DNA from: Thermoanaerobaculia bacterium
GTDB taxonomy: Bacteria > Acidobacteriota > Thermoanaerobaculia > Multivoradales > Multivoraceae
DNA: 64,000 nt
Direction of reading: 5' to 3'
Assembly (NCBI GenBank): GCA_963666565.1
Contig: OY762911.1
Coordinates: forward strand, 352,001 to 416,000
Both the position numbers and the translations under genes were made by a program. Shown here one piece after another: positions 12,859 to 22,720 of this stretch. How positions within the stretch are numbered: the stretch's first letter is position 1; every line of letters starts with the position of its first letter. The notes beneath the pieces were generated by a model. That model ran no database searches. It was not told the origin of the DNA and was given only the letters and a program-made list of their open reading frames with translations.

Positions 12859-15800
12859 TTGAACACCGAGGCCACCATCCGCGAAGGGCAAGTGCTGACC
12901 GGCCCGCTGTTCAGCGAGCCGATGCGGGTCGAGACCGTCCGGCCGAACGGCCCCGGCGTCTGGGTGGCCGGTCTCGTTGGCCAGCAGAGCGAGCAGTTCC
13001 GCCGCGTCACGCTCACGCCGGACGACATCGCCACCCTCGACGTGGCCGACGCGTCCCTCTCCTACGACGGCGACGGGCGGTTGCTGCGCCTGGGTCTCCA
13101 GGCCTACGCGCTCGGCATCGCCTACGAGTTCGACCCCTACTTCGGGCTGTCGATCTCGCGGGTGGATCCGCTGCCGCACCAGTTGGAGGCCGTCTACGAC
13201 CACCTCCTCAAGCTGCCGAGCGTGCGGTTCCTGCTGGCCGACGACGCGGGCGCCGGAAAGACGATCATGGCGGGGCTCCTGCTTCGCGAGCTCAAGCTCC
13301 GCGGACTCGTCGAGCGCGTCCTGGTCGTCTGCCCGGCGAACCTGGCGTTCCAATGGCAGCGCGAACTGAGCGAGAAGTTCGACGAGAAGTTCATCGTCCT
13401 CAAGGGCAGCGACATTCGCGACCAGTTCGGCGTCAACCAATGGATGGAGCGGAACCAGATCATCACCTCGCTCGATCTGGCGAAACGCGACGAGATCCTG
13501 CCCGGGCTCGAACAGGTCCACTGGGACCTGGTGATCGTCGACGAGGCGCACCGCATGTCGGCGCGGGACGAGAGCCACAAGAGCCTCCGCTACAAGCTGG
13601 GAGAATTGCTCCGCGACCGCGCGGACCACATCCTGCTGCTGACCGCGACGCCCCACAAGGGCGACGCGAAGAACTTCAGCCTGTTCCTTCAGCTACTTGA
13701 TCGGGACGTCTACGCCGACGTGACGTCGATTCGAGCCGCCATGAGCCACCGCCGCGCGCCGTTCTACCTCCGCCGCACGAAGGAGGCCATGGTCTACTTC
13801 CCCGAGCGGCAGGAAGACGGTTCATGGGCGGCCAAACCCGTGTTCACGAAGCGCATCCCGCGCACTGCCGACTTCGCCATCGACGGACCGGAATTCGACC
13901 TCTACGACCGCGTGACGCGGTTCGTGAAGCGCCAGAGCCGCCTAGCCGCGGCCCGTGGCGACGATCCCAGGGCGCGCGCCGTCGGCTTCCTGATGGCGTT
14001 GTACCAGAGGCGTCTCGCTTCGAGCACCTACGCCATGCGCCGTTCGCTCGAGAACCGTGCCGCGCGGCTGGAGAAGGCGCTCGCGGAAGCGGAAGACCTC
14101 GTGGTGGCGGCGCCGCCGATTCTCCCCACCGCCGAGGAGCTTGAAGAGTTCGAGGACGCCGCACGCGAAGAACTGGAGCGGCTGCTCGAAGCGATCACGC
14201 TGACCGGCAACGCCGAGCAGGTGCGCGAGGAGATCGACGAACTTCGCCAACTGGCCGACGAGGCGGCGGCTGTCGAAAGCGCGGGGAACGAAGCGAAGCT
14301 GGGACACCTGAGGCAGGTACTGCGGGACGAGGGGTTCTTCGACCGGCCCGACCAGCGGCTCCTGGTCTTCACGGAGTTCAAGGACACCCTGGATCACCTC
14401 CTCGATCACCTGAGAGCCTGGGGCTTCAGCGCCGGCTGCATCCACGGCGGCATGAAGCCCGGCACCCGCGACGAGCCCGGGACGCGGCTCTACACCGAAC
14501 AGCAGTTCCGGGAAGGCGCGATCCAGGTCCTGGTCGCCACTGAGGCGGCCGGCGAAGGCATCAACCTCCAGTGCTGCCACATCCTCTTCAACTACGACAT
14601 TCCGTGGAACCCGAACCGGCTCGAACAGCGAATGGGCCGCATCCACCGCTATGGGCAGAAGCGCGACTGCCTGATCTTCAACTTCGTGGCCACGAACACG
14701 ATCGAAGGCCGGGTGCTCCAGCGGCTGCTTCAGAAGCTCCAGAAGATCCGCGACGCGCTGGACGACGACGCGGTGTTCAACGTCGTCGGCGAGATTCTGC
14801 CGTCGGCCCATGTCGAGCGGACGCTGCGCGACTACTACGCCGGCAAGCTCGGCGATGCCGACCTCGAAGACCGGCTCCTCAGGAACGTGGACGAAGGCCG
14901 CTTCCGCGACATCTGCCAGACGGCGCTCGAAGGACTCGCGTCCAGAAAGCTCAATCTCGACATGCTCATCGAGCGCCAAGCCAGGGCGCGGGAGCGCCGC
15001 GTCGTGCCCGAGACGATCGCCCGGTTCATCGGCGAATCGGCTCGCGACGCCAACCTACCTCTCAGATTCGTCGCCAGCCTGCCGCACACCTTCGACGCCG
15101 GACGTACGCCGCCCGATCTGAAGAGGTACGAGCGCCGGCCCGGTTGGAGACGGCCCGAGCTGGCGGCCCGCTATCCGCGCCTGTCCACGGATCGCGAGAC
15201 GGCGGAACGGAACGACCTCGAATGGGTGACGCCCGGCCACCCGCTCTTCGAGGCCCTGCGGCTACACAGCCTCGACCACGGCCAGGATTCCCTCGCCAGG
15301 GGCGCATGCTTCCACTCCATCGCCCACGAGGCGCCGACGCGCCTCGAGTTCTACCGGGCCCGAGTCGTGGACGGCCTCGGCAAGGTGATCCACGAGCGCC
15401 TGTTCGCTCTGGAACTCCAACCCGACGGTTCCCCCCGGCTTCGGGGGCCGGACGCGCTCGGCAACCTGACGCCTGCGCCTTCCCCGGAATCGCTCCCGGC
15501 AGCGGCGTTCCTCCCGGAGGCCACAGCCTGGCTGGACGAGAACGCGCTACGCCCGTTCCTGCGCGAAGTCCGGGACGAACGCCGGGAAGAAGTCGAGCGG
15601 ATCGCCGAGCACGTCGACCTCTCGCTGACCGCCGCCATCCAGCGAACCGACGACGAGATCGGCCACGCGGCCCAGGAGACGCAGGACGACGTGCAGGGCG
15701 CCCAGGGCCGCCTGGCCCGGGCCGAGAACCGCCATGCCGAGTTGCTGACCCGGCGAGACCAACGCCGAGACGAACTCGACCGGCAGCGAGCCGTGACCCT

Positions 15801-16308
15801 GCAGGCGGTGGAACGCCTGGCGAGCGCGCTCATCCTGCCCCACCCCGACAGGGACGCGCCCGACCTCAGGAACCTCCGCCCCCACCCCGAGACCGAAATG
15901 ACCGCCATGCGGATCGTCATCGAGCACGAAGAGGCGCGGGGCCGCCACGTCGAGGACGTTCACCAGCAGAACCTCGGCTACGACATCACCAGCCTCGACC
16001 TGGAATCGGGTGAACTCCGCCTGATCGAGATCAAGGGCCTTGCGGGCCGGACTGGCAGCATCCTGCTGACACCGAACGAGCGGCGCGTGGCGGAGGATCG
16101 GCGGGACTGCTACTGGCTCTACGTGGTCACCGACTGCGCGACGGAGCCTCAGCTACAGGAACCCGTTCACGACCCCGCCCGGTTTCCGTGGCGCGACGTC
16201 ACGAAGGTGGACCACTACTATCTGGACGTGAACGCGCTCAGAAAACCCATGGAACTGCGGGAGCGCGGCGGTCGCCGCGACGGCCGGAGTTGGGGGCAGT
16301 CGACATGA
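12859..16308 (+). CDS. SNF2-family helicase with C-terminal DUF3883 (PD-(D/E)XK-like) nuclease domain
   Basis: PLPHQLEA, LLADDAGAGKT, DEAH, LLLTATPH, EGINLQ, PWNPNRLEQRMGRIHRYGQ; C-terminal GYDITS...RLIEIKG...LTPNE. Confidence 0.9.
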   Translation: MNTEATIREGQVLTGPLFSEPMRVETVRPNGPGVWVAGLVGQQSEQFRRVTLTPDDIATLDVADASLSYDGDGRLLRLGLQAYALGIAYEFDPYFGLSISRVDPLPHQLEAVYDHLLKLPSVRFLLADDAGAGKTIMAGLLLRELKLRGLVERVLVVCPANLAFQWQRELSEKFDEKFIVLKGSDIRDQFGVNQWMERNQIITSLDLAKRDEILPGLEQVHWDLVIVDEAHRMSARDESHKSLRYKLGELLRDRADHILLLTATPHKGDAKNFSLFLQLLDRDVYADVTSIRAAMSHRRAPFYLRRTKEAMVYFPERQEDGSWAAKPVFTKRIPRTADFAIDGPEFDLYDRVTRFVKRQSRLAAARGDDPRARAVGFLMALYQRRLASSTYAMRRSLENRAARLEKALAEAEDLVVAAPPILPTAEELEEFEDAAREELERLLEAITLTGNAEQVREEIDELRQLADEAAAVESAGNEAKLGHLRQVLRDEGFFDRPDQRLLVFTEFKDTLDHLLDHLRAWGFSAGCIHGGMKPGTRDEPGTRLYTEQQFREGAIQVLVATEAAGEGINLQCCHILFNYDIPWNPNRLEQRMGRIHRYGQKRDCLIFNFVATNTIEGRVLQRLLQKLQKIRDALDDDAVFNVVGEILPSAHVERTLRDYYAGKLGDADLEDRLLRNVDEGRFRDICQTALEGLASRKLNLDMLIERQARARERRVVPETIARFIGESARDANLPLRFVASLPHTFDAGRTPPDLKRYERRPGWRRPELAARYPRLSTDRETAERNDLEWVTPGHPLFEALRLHSLDHGQDSLARGACFHSIAHEAPTRLEFYRARVVDGLGKVIHERLFALELQPDGSPRLRGPDALGNLTPAPSPESLPAAAFLPEATAWLDENALRPFLREVRDERREEVERIAEHVDLSLTAAIQRTDDEIGHAAQETQDDVQGAQGRLARAENRHAELLTRRDQRRDELDRQRAVTLQAVERLASALILPHPDRDAPDLRNLRPHPETEMTAMRIVIEHEEARGRHVEDVHQQNLGYDITSLDLESGELRLIEIKGLAGRTGSILLTPNERRVAEDRRDCYWLYVVTDCATEPQLQEPVHDPARFPWRDVTKVDHYYLDVNALRKPMELRERGGRRDGRSWGQST

Positions 16309-16634
16309 GCCGGCGACGCACCGTCGACCAGGAGACGCTGGACGAGATCGTCCGCCGGATCGTGGAGGCGGTCGAACCGGAACGGATCATCCTGTTCGGG
16401 TCGGCGGCGCGATGCGAAATGGGCCCGCACAGCGACATCGACCTGCTGGTCGTCAAGGACTGCGAGAGTCCCCTGAAGGCCATGCAGGAAATCTACAGGC
16501 ACCTCTGGGGCCTCGGCGTCGCGGTCGATGCCCTCGTCGCGTCGCCAGCCCGCGTGGAGCGCTACCGCGACAGCCATCCGCTCGTCTTCAAGCCGGTGCT
16601 GAGGGAGGGGCGCGTGATCTATGAAGCCGCCTGA
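16305..16634 (+). CDS. Minimal nucleotidyltransferase (MNT; antitoxin-type)
   Basis: IILFGSAAR...SDIDLLVV (GS-x10-DxD), 109 aa, ends REGRVIYE; ATGA overlap with helicase. Confidence 0.88.
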   Translation: MSRRRTVDQETLDEIVRRIVEAVEPERIILFGSAARCEMGPHSDIDLLVVKDCESPLKAMQEIYRHLWGLGVAVDALVASPARVERYRDSHPLVFKPVLREGRVIYEAA

Positions 16635-16758
16635 GTCTCTGCCGCTGGACGATCCGCGCTCATGGTTGCACCACGCCCACAGCGATCTGTGGATCGCCAA
16701 GGCCGACGCCGTCCAGATTGCCGTGAGCGTCGTCCGACGGGGCGACGAACGCCTGTGA
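16621..16758 (+). pseudogene. Internally deleted HEPN-domain gene (45 aa)
   Basis: Translates MKPPESLPLDDPRSWLHHAHSDLWIAKADAVQIAVSVVRRGDERL*; resembles HEPN first helix (DDPRxWLxxAxSDL) fused to last helix (AVxIAxxVVR); overlaps MNT end and MTase start; absent from the ORF track because it is short. Confidence 0.65.
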
Positions 16759-19742
16759 TCCCCCGCGAGTGCAAGCGCCTCGCCGAGGTCGACTTCCCAA
16801 TCGCGGACGTTTCTCGACACGCGGTGGGAGAGAACTCAGGGTCCGCCGGTCACCCAGCAACGCTGCACAAGTGGTGGGCACGACGACCGCTAGCCTCCTC
16901 TCGGGCCCTGCTCATGGCACTCCTCTTGCCCGATCCTTGCGACCCGCAGTGCCCTCCGCGTTTCGCACAACAGGCCAAGTCACTCCTTGCAGGAACATCT
17001 GGTCTTCCCAGGAAATGGGACCACGCAGCCCGTTCCAACGAGGAACTTCGGACAGCTCTGCTCCAGTTCACCGCAGAACTCGCTCGCTCCGACAACCTAG
17101 CCGTTGCAAGAGACGACCATGTCCGCCTCGGGCGGGCCCTGGTCGAAGCCGCCTACGGCACCGAACCGCCTCTTGTAGTTGATCCGTTTGCTGGCGGCGG
17201 GTCCATTCCCTTGGAGGCCCTGCGACTCGGCTGCGATGCCTTCGCCAGTGACCTGAACGCCGTTGCATGCTTGATCTTGAAGGTCCTGCTTGAAGACATA
17301 CCTCGTTCTGCCTCCTCCCTGAGAACAGATTTGCTACGAGCCGCCAAGGCGCTCAACAGGCACATCGAACAACAACTCACCTCAATTCATCCGTCACCCG
17401 CGAGCGGACGAGTCCCCCTTGCCTACCTTTGGGCCCGAACCGTGACCTGCGAATCGCCCCAATGCGGCGCGGAGATGCCACTTCTGCGTTCCTTCTATCT
17501 CAGCGACAAGCGGAGTGTGGCTCTCCGCCACTCGATCAAGCGGTCCGACAGAGCTCCTGCCCTCACCTTCGACATCTTCGAACCCACATCCGGCGACACG
17601 GTACACGCAGGAACTGTCTCCTACGCGAAAGCCACTTGCCTATGCTGCGGATCTGTCTTGCCCCCAGAGCGCCTGAGAGCCCAGCTCACTCAGCAGCGAG
17701 GCGGTGCGGATGTCACATTCGACGAGGCTGGTAATCGTACAGGCGGAGCACTTCTCCTTGCCACTGTCGCCCTGAACCCCGACCGTAAGACGCGACACTA
17801 TCGGCTACCGACAGCGGCAGACTACCGTGCGGTGCGACTCTCGCAAGTTCGACTAGCTGAACTGCTGGACGAAGAACGGCCCTTAGGCACCTGCCCTGTG
17901 CCCAACGAACCACTACCGCTGATGAGCGGCACGTTTAACGTGCCTCTCTACGGAATGAACTCATGGGGAGACCTCTTTACCGCGAGACAGAAGTTGACCG
18001 GAGCGCTTCTCTGCGACGCGGTTCGGAACTTGGTCGCCGATCCGAAAGTCCAACTACTCCTTGCGTTATCGTTAGGAAAGCTCCATCGCCACTGCAACGC
18101 AGTCAGCAAGTGGCATCGAGGTAGCGAAACGGTGGCCGGCGCTTTCGCGCTACAGGCACTTCCGATGGCTTGGGACTTCCCGGAGATGCACCCCTTGGCG
18201 CCCTACGCGGGCGGACTAACGCACAGCATCGAGGCCGTGGCGGGCATTCTCGACAAATGGCCTCGGGGCTCGGCCGCGCCCAGGCTTGGGCAAACGGAGA
18301 ATGCGAGCGCGCTCAGGCACCCGCTTGGCGACGAGACCGCCGACGTCTGGTTCACCGATCCACCGTACTACTTTGCCGTGCCGTACGCTGACCTTTCGGA
18401 TTTCTTCTTTGTTTGGCTGAAGCGAGCAGTACCCGAGGAAGTGCTCTGGTCGCACTCACGCTTCTTAGAAGACTCGCTCACGGCCAAGAGCGACGAGCTT
18501 TGCGAGATGGAACGGTGGGACTCTAGGCGGTATGCGCACAAGGACAAGCAGTTCTTCGAGGACGGAATGGCTGCAGCGTTCTCGGAGGGTCGTCGGGTTC
18601 TCCGGCAGAACGGTGTCGGGTCCGTCGTCTTCGCCCACAAGACGACAGAGGGCTGGGAGGCTCTTCTTTCCGGCATGATCCGGGGCGGCTGGACCATCAC
18701 GGGCTCGTGGCCTCTCGTGACAGAGCGGAATGCGCGCCTGCGAGCCCGCGAATCTGCTGCCCTCGCGACAAGCGTCCACTTGGTGTGCCGCCCACGCGCC
18801 GAGGACGCGCCGATCGGCGACTGGGCCGAAGTCCTGCGCGAGCTTCCCGGCCGGGTAGCCGAGTGGATGGAGCGCCTCCAGGGCGAAGGCATCCGCGGCG
18901 CCGACCTCGTGTTCGCCTGCATTGGTCCGGCGCTTGAGATCTTCAGCCGCTACCGCGCCGTCGAAACGGCCGAAGGCCGTACCGTCGAACTCGGAGACTA
19001 TTTGGAGAAGGTATGGGAAGTCGTGGGCCAAGCGGCTCTCCGGCAGGTGCTCGGTGCCGCCGAGGGAGTGACGCAAGATGGCCTTACAGGGCCGCTGGAG
19101 GAGGACGCCCGACTTACCGCGCTGTTCCTGTGGACGCTCCAGAGCACGGAGGTGCCGCCCGAGAGCGGCAACGCTGCCGACGATGCGACCGCCACAACCC
19201 AAGCCGCCGCCAAGAGCTTCACCCTGCCGTTCGACGTCGTGCGGCGCTTCGCCCAGCCGATGGGCGTCGACCTCGACGCCTGGACCGGCCGCATCGTTGT
19301 CCAGAAGAAGGGTGTTGTACGCCTGCTGCCGGTTACGGAGCGGGCCGACGAGCTCTTCGGCGACGAAGGTGCCGCCACCGTTGCCGCCGTCATCGAGCGC
19401 GACCCCATCGGAAGTCTTCAACAGGTTCTGTTCCCGGAAGCGGCCGCCCCGCCGTCCTCTCGGCGAGGCCGCCAGAAGGCCGGCAGCCGCCGTGGCAGGC
19501 AAGTGCGGCTGGACGCCGACCCGAACCTCGACCCGACAGGCGCCACGACGCTAGACCGCGTCCATGCCGCGATGCTGCTGCAGTCCAGCGGCCACACGGC
19601 CGCCCTAAGACGGCTGCTTGAAGCCGAGCAGGAACGCGGCCCCGACTTCCTGCGCCTCGCCAACGCCCTCTCGGCCCTCTATCCTCGCGGCTCAACCGAG
19701 AAACGCCTCCTCGACGCCATGCTGCTGGCGGCGCCAAGGTGA
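16755..19742 (+). CDS. DUF1156 adenine-specific DNA methyltransferase
   Basis: IPRECKRLAEVDFPI start, TLHKWWARRPL, SAM-binding DPFAGGGSIPLEA, Cys-pair zinc ribbon, catalytic TDPPY, VFAHKTTEGW. Confidence 0.9.
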   Translation: MIPRECKRLAEVDFPIADVSRHAVGENSGSAGHPATLHKWWARRPLASSRALLMALLLPDPCDPQCPPRFAQQAKSLLAGTSGLPRKWDHAARSNEELRTALLQFTAELARSDNLAVARDDHVRLGRALVEAAYGTEPPLVVDPFAGGGSIPLEALRLGCDAFASDLNAVACLILKVLLEDIPRSASSLRTDLLRAAKALNRHIEQQLTSIHPSPASGRVPLAYLWARTVTCESPQCGAEMPLLRSFYLSDKRSVALRHSIKRSDRAPALTFDIFEPTSGDTVHAGTVSYAKATCLCCGSVLPPERLRAQLTQQRGGADVTFDEAGNRTGGALLLATVALNPDRKTRHYRLPTAADYRAVRLSQVRLAELLDEERPLGTCPVPNEPLPLMSGTFNVPLYGMNSWGDLFTARQKLTGALLCDAVRNLVADPKVQLLLALSLGKLHRHCNAVSKWHRGSETVAGAFALQALPMAWDFPEMHPLAPYAGGLTHSIEAVAGILDKWPRGSAAPRLGQTENASALRHPLGDETADVWFTDPPYYFAVPYADLSDFFFVWLKRAVPEEVLWSHSRFLEDSLTAKSDELCEMERWDSRRYAHKDKQFFEDGMAAAFSEGRRVLRQNGVGSVVFAHKTTEGWEALLSGMIRGGWTITGSWPLVTERNARLRARESAALATSVHLVCRPRAEDAPIGDWAEVLRELPGRVAEWMERLQGEGIRGADLVFACIGPALEIFSRYRAVETAEGRTVELGDYLEKVWEVVGQAALRQVLGAAEGVTQDGLTGPLEEDARLTALFLWTLQSTEVPPESGNAADDATATTQAAAKSFTLPFDVVRRFAQPMGVDLDAWTGRIVVQKKGVVRLLPVTERADELFGDEGAATVAAVIERDPIGSLQQVLFPEAAAPPSSRRGRQKAGSRRGRQVRLDADPNLDPTGATTLDRVHAAMLLQSSGHTAALRRLLEAEQERGPDFLRLANALSALYPRGSTEKRLLDAMLLAAPR

Positions 19743-19746
19743 CCCC

Positions 19747-20958
19747 ATGACTGGCCCGGTCCTGAATCGACTTCTTCTTCACCGCTTTCGGAGCCTGTTC
19801 TCCGAAGAAGTGGTCTTCGGCAACCCGATGTTCGTTGCCGGCAGGAATGGCTCGGGCAAGAGCAATTTCGTGGACGCCTTCGCCTTTCTGGCGGAAGCGA
19901 TGGCGACACCGCTCCAAGCCGTGCTCGACCATCGCGGCGGGTTCAGCACCGTCAGCAACCGCGCTTCGGCCCGAGGGCGACCGTCGAATCTGGGGCTCGG
20001 TGTCGTCCTCGAGGCACCGGACTCGCTTACCGCACGGGCGCGCTACGCCTTCGAGTTGCGCGCAGTGAAGGGGCCCGGCTTTGAAGTCGTTCGCGAGCAG
20101 TGCATCGTCGACGCCACCGACGGGATGAGCCATTGGTTCGACCGGCGAACCGTCCGCGGCGAAACGCAGTGGAAGAGCAACGACTCCATCGAACCCGGCG
20201 TCGCATCGAGCGCACTAGCGCTTCCGCTAATCGGAGGGGATCTGCGCTTCAGACCGGTCCTGGAGTTCGTTGCCAACATCCGGGTCTACCGCATCGAGCC
20301 TGCGGCGCTGCGGTCGATGCAGGACCCGGACGGCGGCACGCGCCTGAAGGCCGACGGCGCCAACACGGCGAGTGTGCTGCGAGCGATCCAGCGCGAGTCG
20401 CCCGACGATTGGAACCGCATCCTGGAGCTCCTCGCCACGATCGTTCCAGGCGTCGTCGACGTCAAGCCCAAGCGTCACGCCAACAAGCTGACCCTCCAGT
20501 TCACCCAAGACTGGCAACAACGCGAGCCCGTGAAGTTCGACGCCTTCAGCATGTCGGACGGGACGCTCCGCGTCCTCGGGCTGCTGACCGCGGTCTACCA
20601 GCGACCAGCTCCGTCGCTCCTCGTCATCGAAGAACCGGAAGCGACGATGCACCCGGGAGCCCTCGGGGCGATTCTGGACGTCGTGCGCCATGCGGGACGC
20701 ACGACGCAGATCGTCGCAACGACGCACAGCCCGGACGTGCTGGACGCCGACTGGATCCGGGACGAACACCTCAGAATCGTCAGTTGGGACCGCGGAGTAA
20801 CCCGGATCGCCCGAATCTCCCGCTCCGCGCGCAAGGCCCTTGCCGAGCACCTGATGGGCGCGGGCGAACTGTTGCGTTCGAACGCCTTGACGCCCGTGGA
20901 GCTCTTCACGGACGACCCGCGGCAATACGAGCTCTTCCTGGACGGTGAACCGCTGTGA
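19747..20958 (+). CDS. ABC-type (AAA_21/SMC-like) ATPase, copy 1
   Basis: FRSL, GRNGSGKSN, signature MSDGTLR, Walker B LLVIEEPE..MHP, TTHSP. Confidence 0.88.
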   Translation: MTGPVLNRLLLHRFRSLFSEEVVFGNPMFVAGRNGSGKSNFVDAFAFLAEAMATPLQAVLDHRGGFSTVSNRASARGRPSNLGLGVVLEAPDSLTARARYAFELRAVKGPGFEVVREQCIVDATDGMSHWFDRRTVRGETQWKSNDSIEPGVASSALALPLIGGDLRFRPVLEFVANIRVYRIEPAALRSMQDPDGGTRLKADGANTASVLRAIQRESPDDWNRILELLATIVPGVVDVKPKRHANKLTLQFTQDWQQREPVKFDAFSMSDGTLRVLGLLTAVYQRPAPSLLVIEEPEATMHPGALGAILDVVRHAGRTTQIVATTHSPDVLDADWIRDEHLRIVSWDRGVTRIARISRSARKALAEHLMGAGELLRSNALTPVELFTDDPRQYELFLDGEPL

Positions 20959-21596
20959 GAATCCAGCCCATCGTGGAGGGCCACGGCGAGGTGGCCGCGC
21001 TGCCTGTGCTTCTTCGCCGCCTCCGCGACGAAGCGGAAGCCTGGAGCGTCGATATCGCACGGCCGATTCGCCGAACCCGCCACCAGCTAGGGCGGGCACC
21101 GGACGTCGAGCGTGCCGTCCGTCTGGCGCTCCTGCAACCGGCCTGCGCCGCAATCCTGATTGTCTTCGACGGAGACCGTGATTGTCCAGCGACCTTGGGC
21201 CCCGAGGTTCAGGCATGGGCCGTCGCGGCGGCGGCTCATGTACCCTGCCAGGTCGTCATCGCGCACCGCGAGTACGAAGCGTGGTTCCTGGCCGCCGTCG
21301 AGTCGCTGCGCGGACAGGGCCTTCGCGACGATGCCCAGCCCCACCCCGAACCGGAAGAGCCACGAGGCGCGAAGGAGGAGCTTGAACGGCTGATGCCGAC
21401 GGGCTCAAGCTACCTTGAGCGCATCGACCAGCCGGCCTTCAGTCACAGATTCAGTCTGCCGACGGCGCACCGGCGCTCCAGGTCCTTTCGCAAGCTGGTC
21501 AAGTCGTTCGGGAACTTGATCCGCTCGATGGACCAAGAGATCGCCGTCTGGCCCCCCGCGTCTTGGTCAGACCTGCATGGAGAGGACCTGGCGTGA
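20955..21596 (+). CDS. DUF4276-family (TOPRIM-like) protein, copy 1
   Basis: PIVEGHGE, DGDRDC, EYEAWFLA, PEEPRGAK, SFRKL; GTGA overlap with ATPase. Confidence 0.8.
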   Translation: MRIQPIVEGHGEVAALPVLLRRLRDEAEAWSVDIARPIRRTRHQLGRAPDVERAVRLALLQPACAAILIVFDGDRDCPATLGPEVQAWAVAAAAHVPCQVVIAHREYEAWFLAAVESLRGQGLRDDAQPHPEPEEPRGAKEELERLMPTGSSYLERIDQPAFSHRFSLPTAHRRSRSFRKLVKSFGNLIRSMDQEIAVWPPASWSDLHGEDLA

Positions 21597-22720
21597 CGGA
21601 TCGAGTCCAGTTGAAGCGCGTTCGAATCCAGGGCTTCCGTTCCCTGGCTCAACTGGAGTTGTCGGACCTTCGCCCAGCCACGGTGCTCATCGGCGCCAAC
21701 GGATCGGGGAAGTCGAACTTCATTCGCTTCTTCGAGATGCTGAGCTGGATGCAGGGGCCGCAACGCCTCGGGGAATTCGTCCAGATGAACGGCGGCGCCG
21801 ACGATCAACTCCACGGCGGCAGCGAGACCACGACGCGGATCGAAGCCGAAGTCTCGCTGAGCACCGGAGCGGGCCGGAACGACTACCGGTTCGTGCTCTC
21901 GCACGCCCACCCGGATCGTCTGCTCTTCACGGAGGAATATCTCCGGTTCCAGAGCAAAGCACTGCCCACCGAACCGGAGTGGCAGCCTCTCGGGAGCGGC
22001 CACGCGGAGACGGAAATCGGCCGAGCGGCCCACGGCGAGTACCCAAACGTCAACCCCACGACGGCCAGGACCATCAGATACCTGCTCCGCACATGCTCGG
22101 TCTTCCAGTTCCATAACACGTCCCGCACCTCCAGCTTCCACAAGAGTTGGGACGCACAGGACACGGCCTACCTTCGCTCCGACGCGGGGAACCTCCCGGC
22201 GGTACTTCGATGGCTCGAAGAAGACGACCTGGCCCGCTACGAGACGATCTGCGACCACATCGGCAGAGTTCTCCCCACCTTCGACAGATTCCAGCTCGCG
22301 GAACGCTACGGCAAGGTATCGCTGCGATGGAAGACCAGGCAGTCGAACAAGACAGTCGGCTCGCATCTCACGTCCGACGGTTCGCTCCGGTTCTTCGCGC
22401 TGGTGACGCTCCTGAATCTCCCGCCCGAGATGCTGCCGAACGTGCTTCTGTTGGACGAACCGGAACTGGGGCTTCATCCGGCTGCGGTGACGCTCGTCGG
22501 AAGCATGCTGAAAGCGGTGGCGAAGGAAAAGCAGGTCGTTGTGGCCACTCAGTCGCCCCTCCTCGTGGACGAGTTCGCCCTTGACGAGATCATCGTGCTC
22601 GAGCTGCGGGACGAGCGGACTGAACCCCAGCGCCTGGACCCGGATCAGTACAGCAGTTGGCTCGAGGAGTTCGCCACCGGCGAGCTCTGGCAGAAGAACC
22701 TCCTCGGAGGCCGCCCTTGA
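21593..22720 (+). CDS. ABC-type (AAA_21) ATPase, copy 2
   Basis: IQGFRSL, LIGANGSGKSN, TSDGSLR, LLLDEPELGLHP, ATQSP, ends GELWQKNLLGGRP. Confidence 0.88.
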   Translation: MTDRVQLKRVRIQGFRSLAQLELSDLRPATVLIGANGSGKSNFIRFFEMLSWMQGPQRLGEFVQMNGGADDQLHGGSETTTRIEAEVSLSTGAGRNDYRFVLSHAHPDRLLFTEEYLRFQSKALPTEPEWQPLGSGHAETEIGRAAHGEYPNVNPTTARTIRYLLRTCSVFQFHNTSRTSSFHKSWDAQDTAYLRSDAGNLPAVLRWLEEDDLARYETICDHIGRVLPTFDRFQLAERYGKVSLRWKTRQSNKTVGSHLTSDGSLRFFALVTLLNLPPEMLPNVLLLDEPELGLHPAAVTLVGSMLKAVAKEKQVVVATQSPLLVDEFALDEIIVLELRDERTEPQRLDPDQYSSWLEEFATGELWQKNLLGGRP

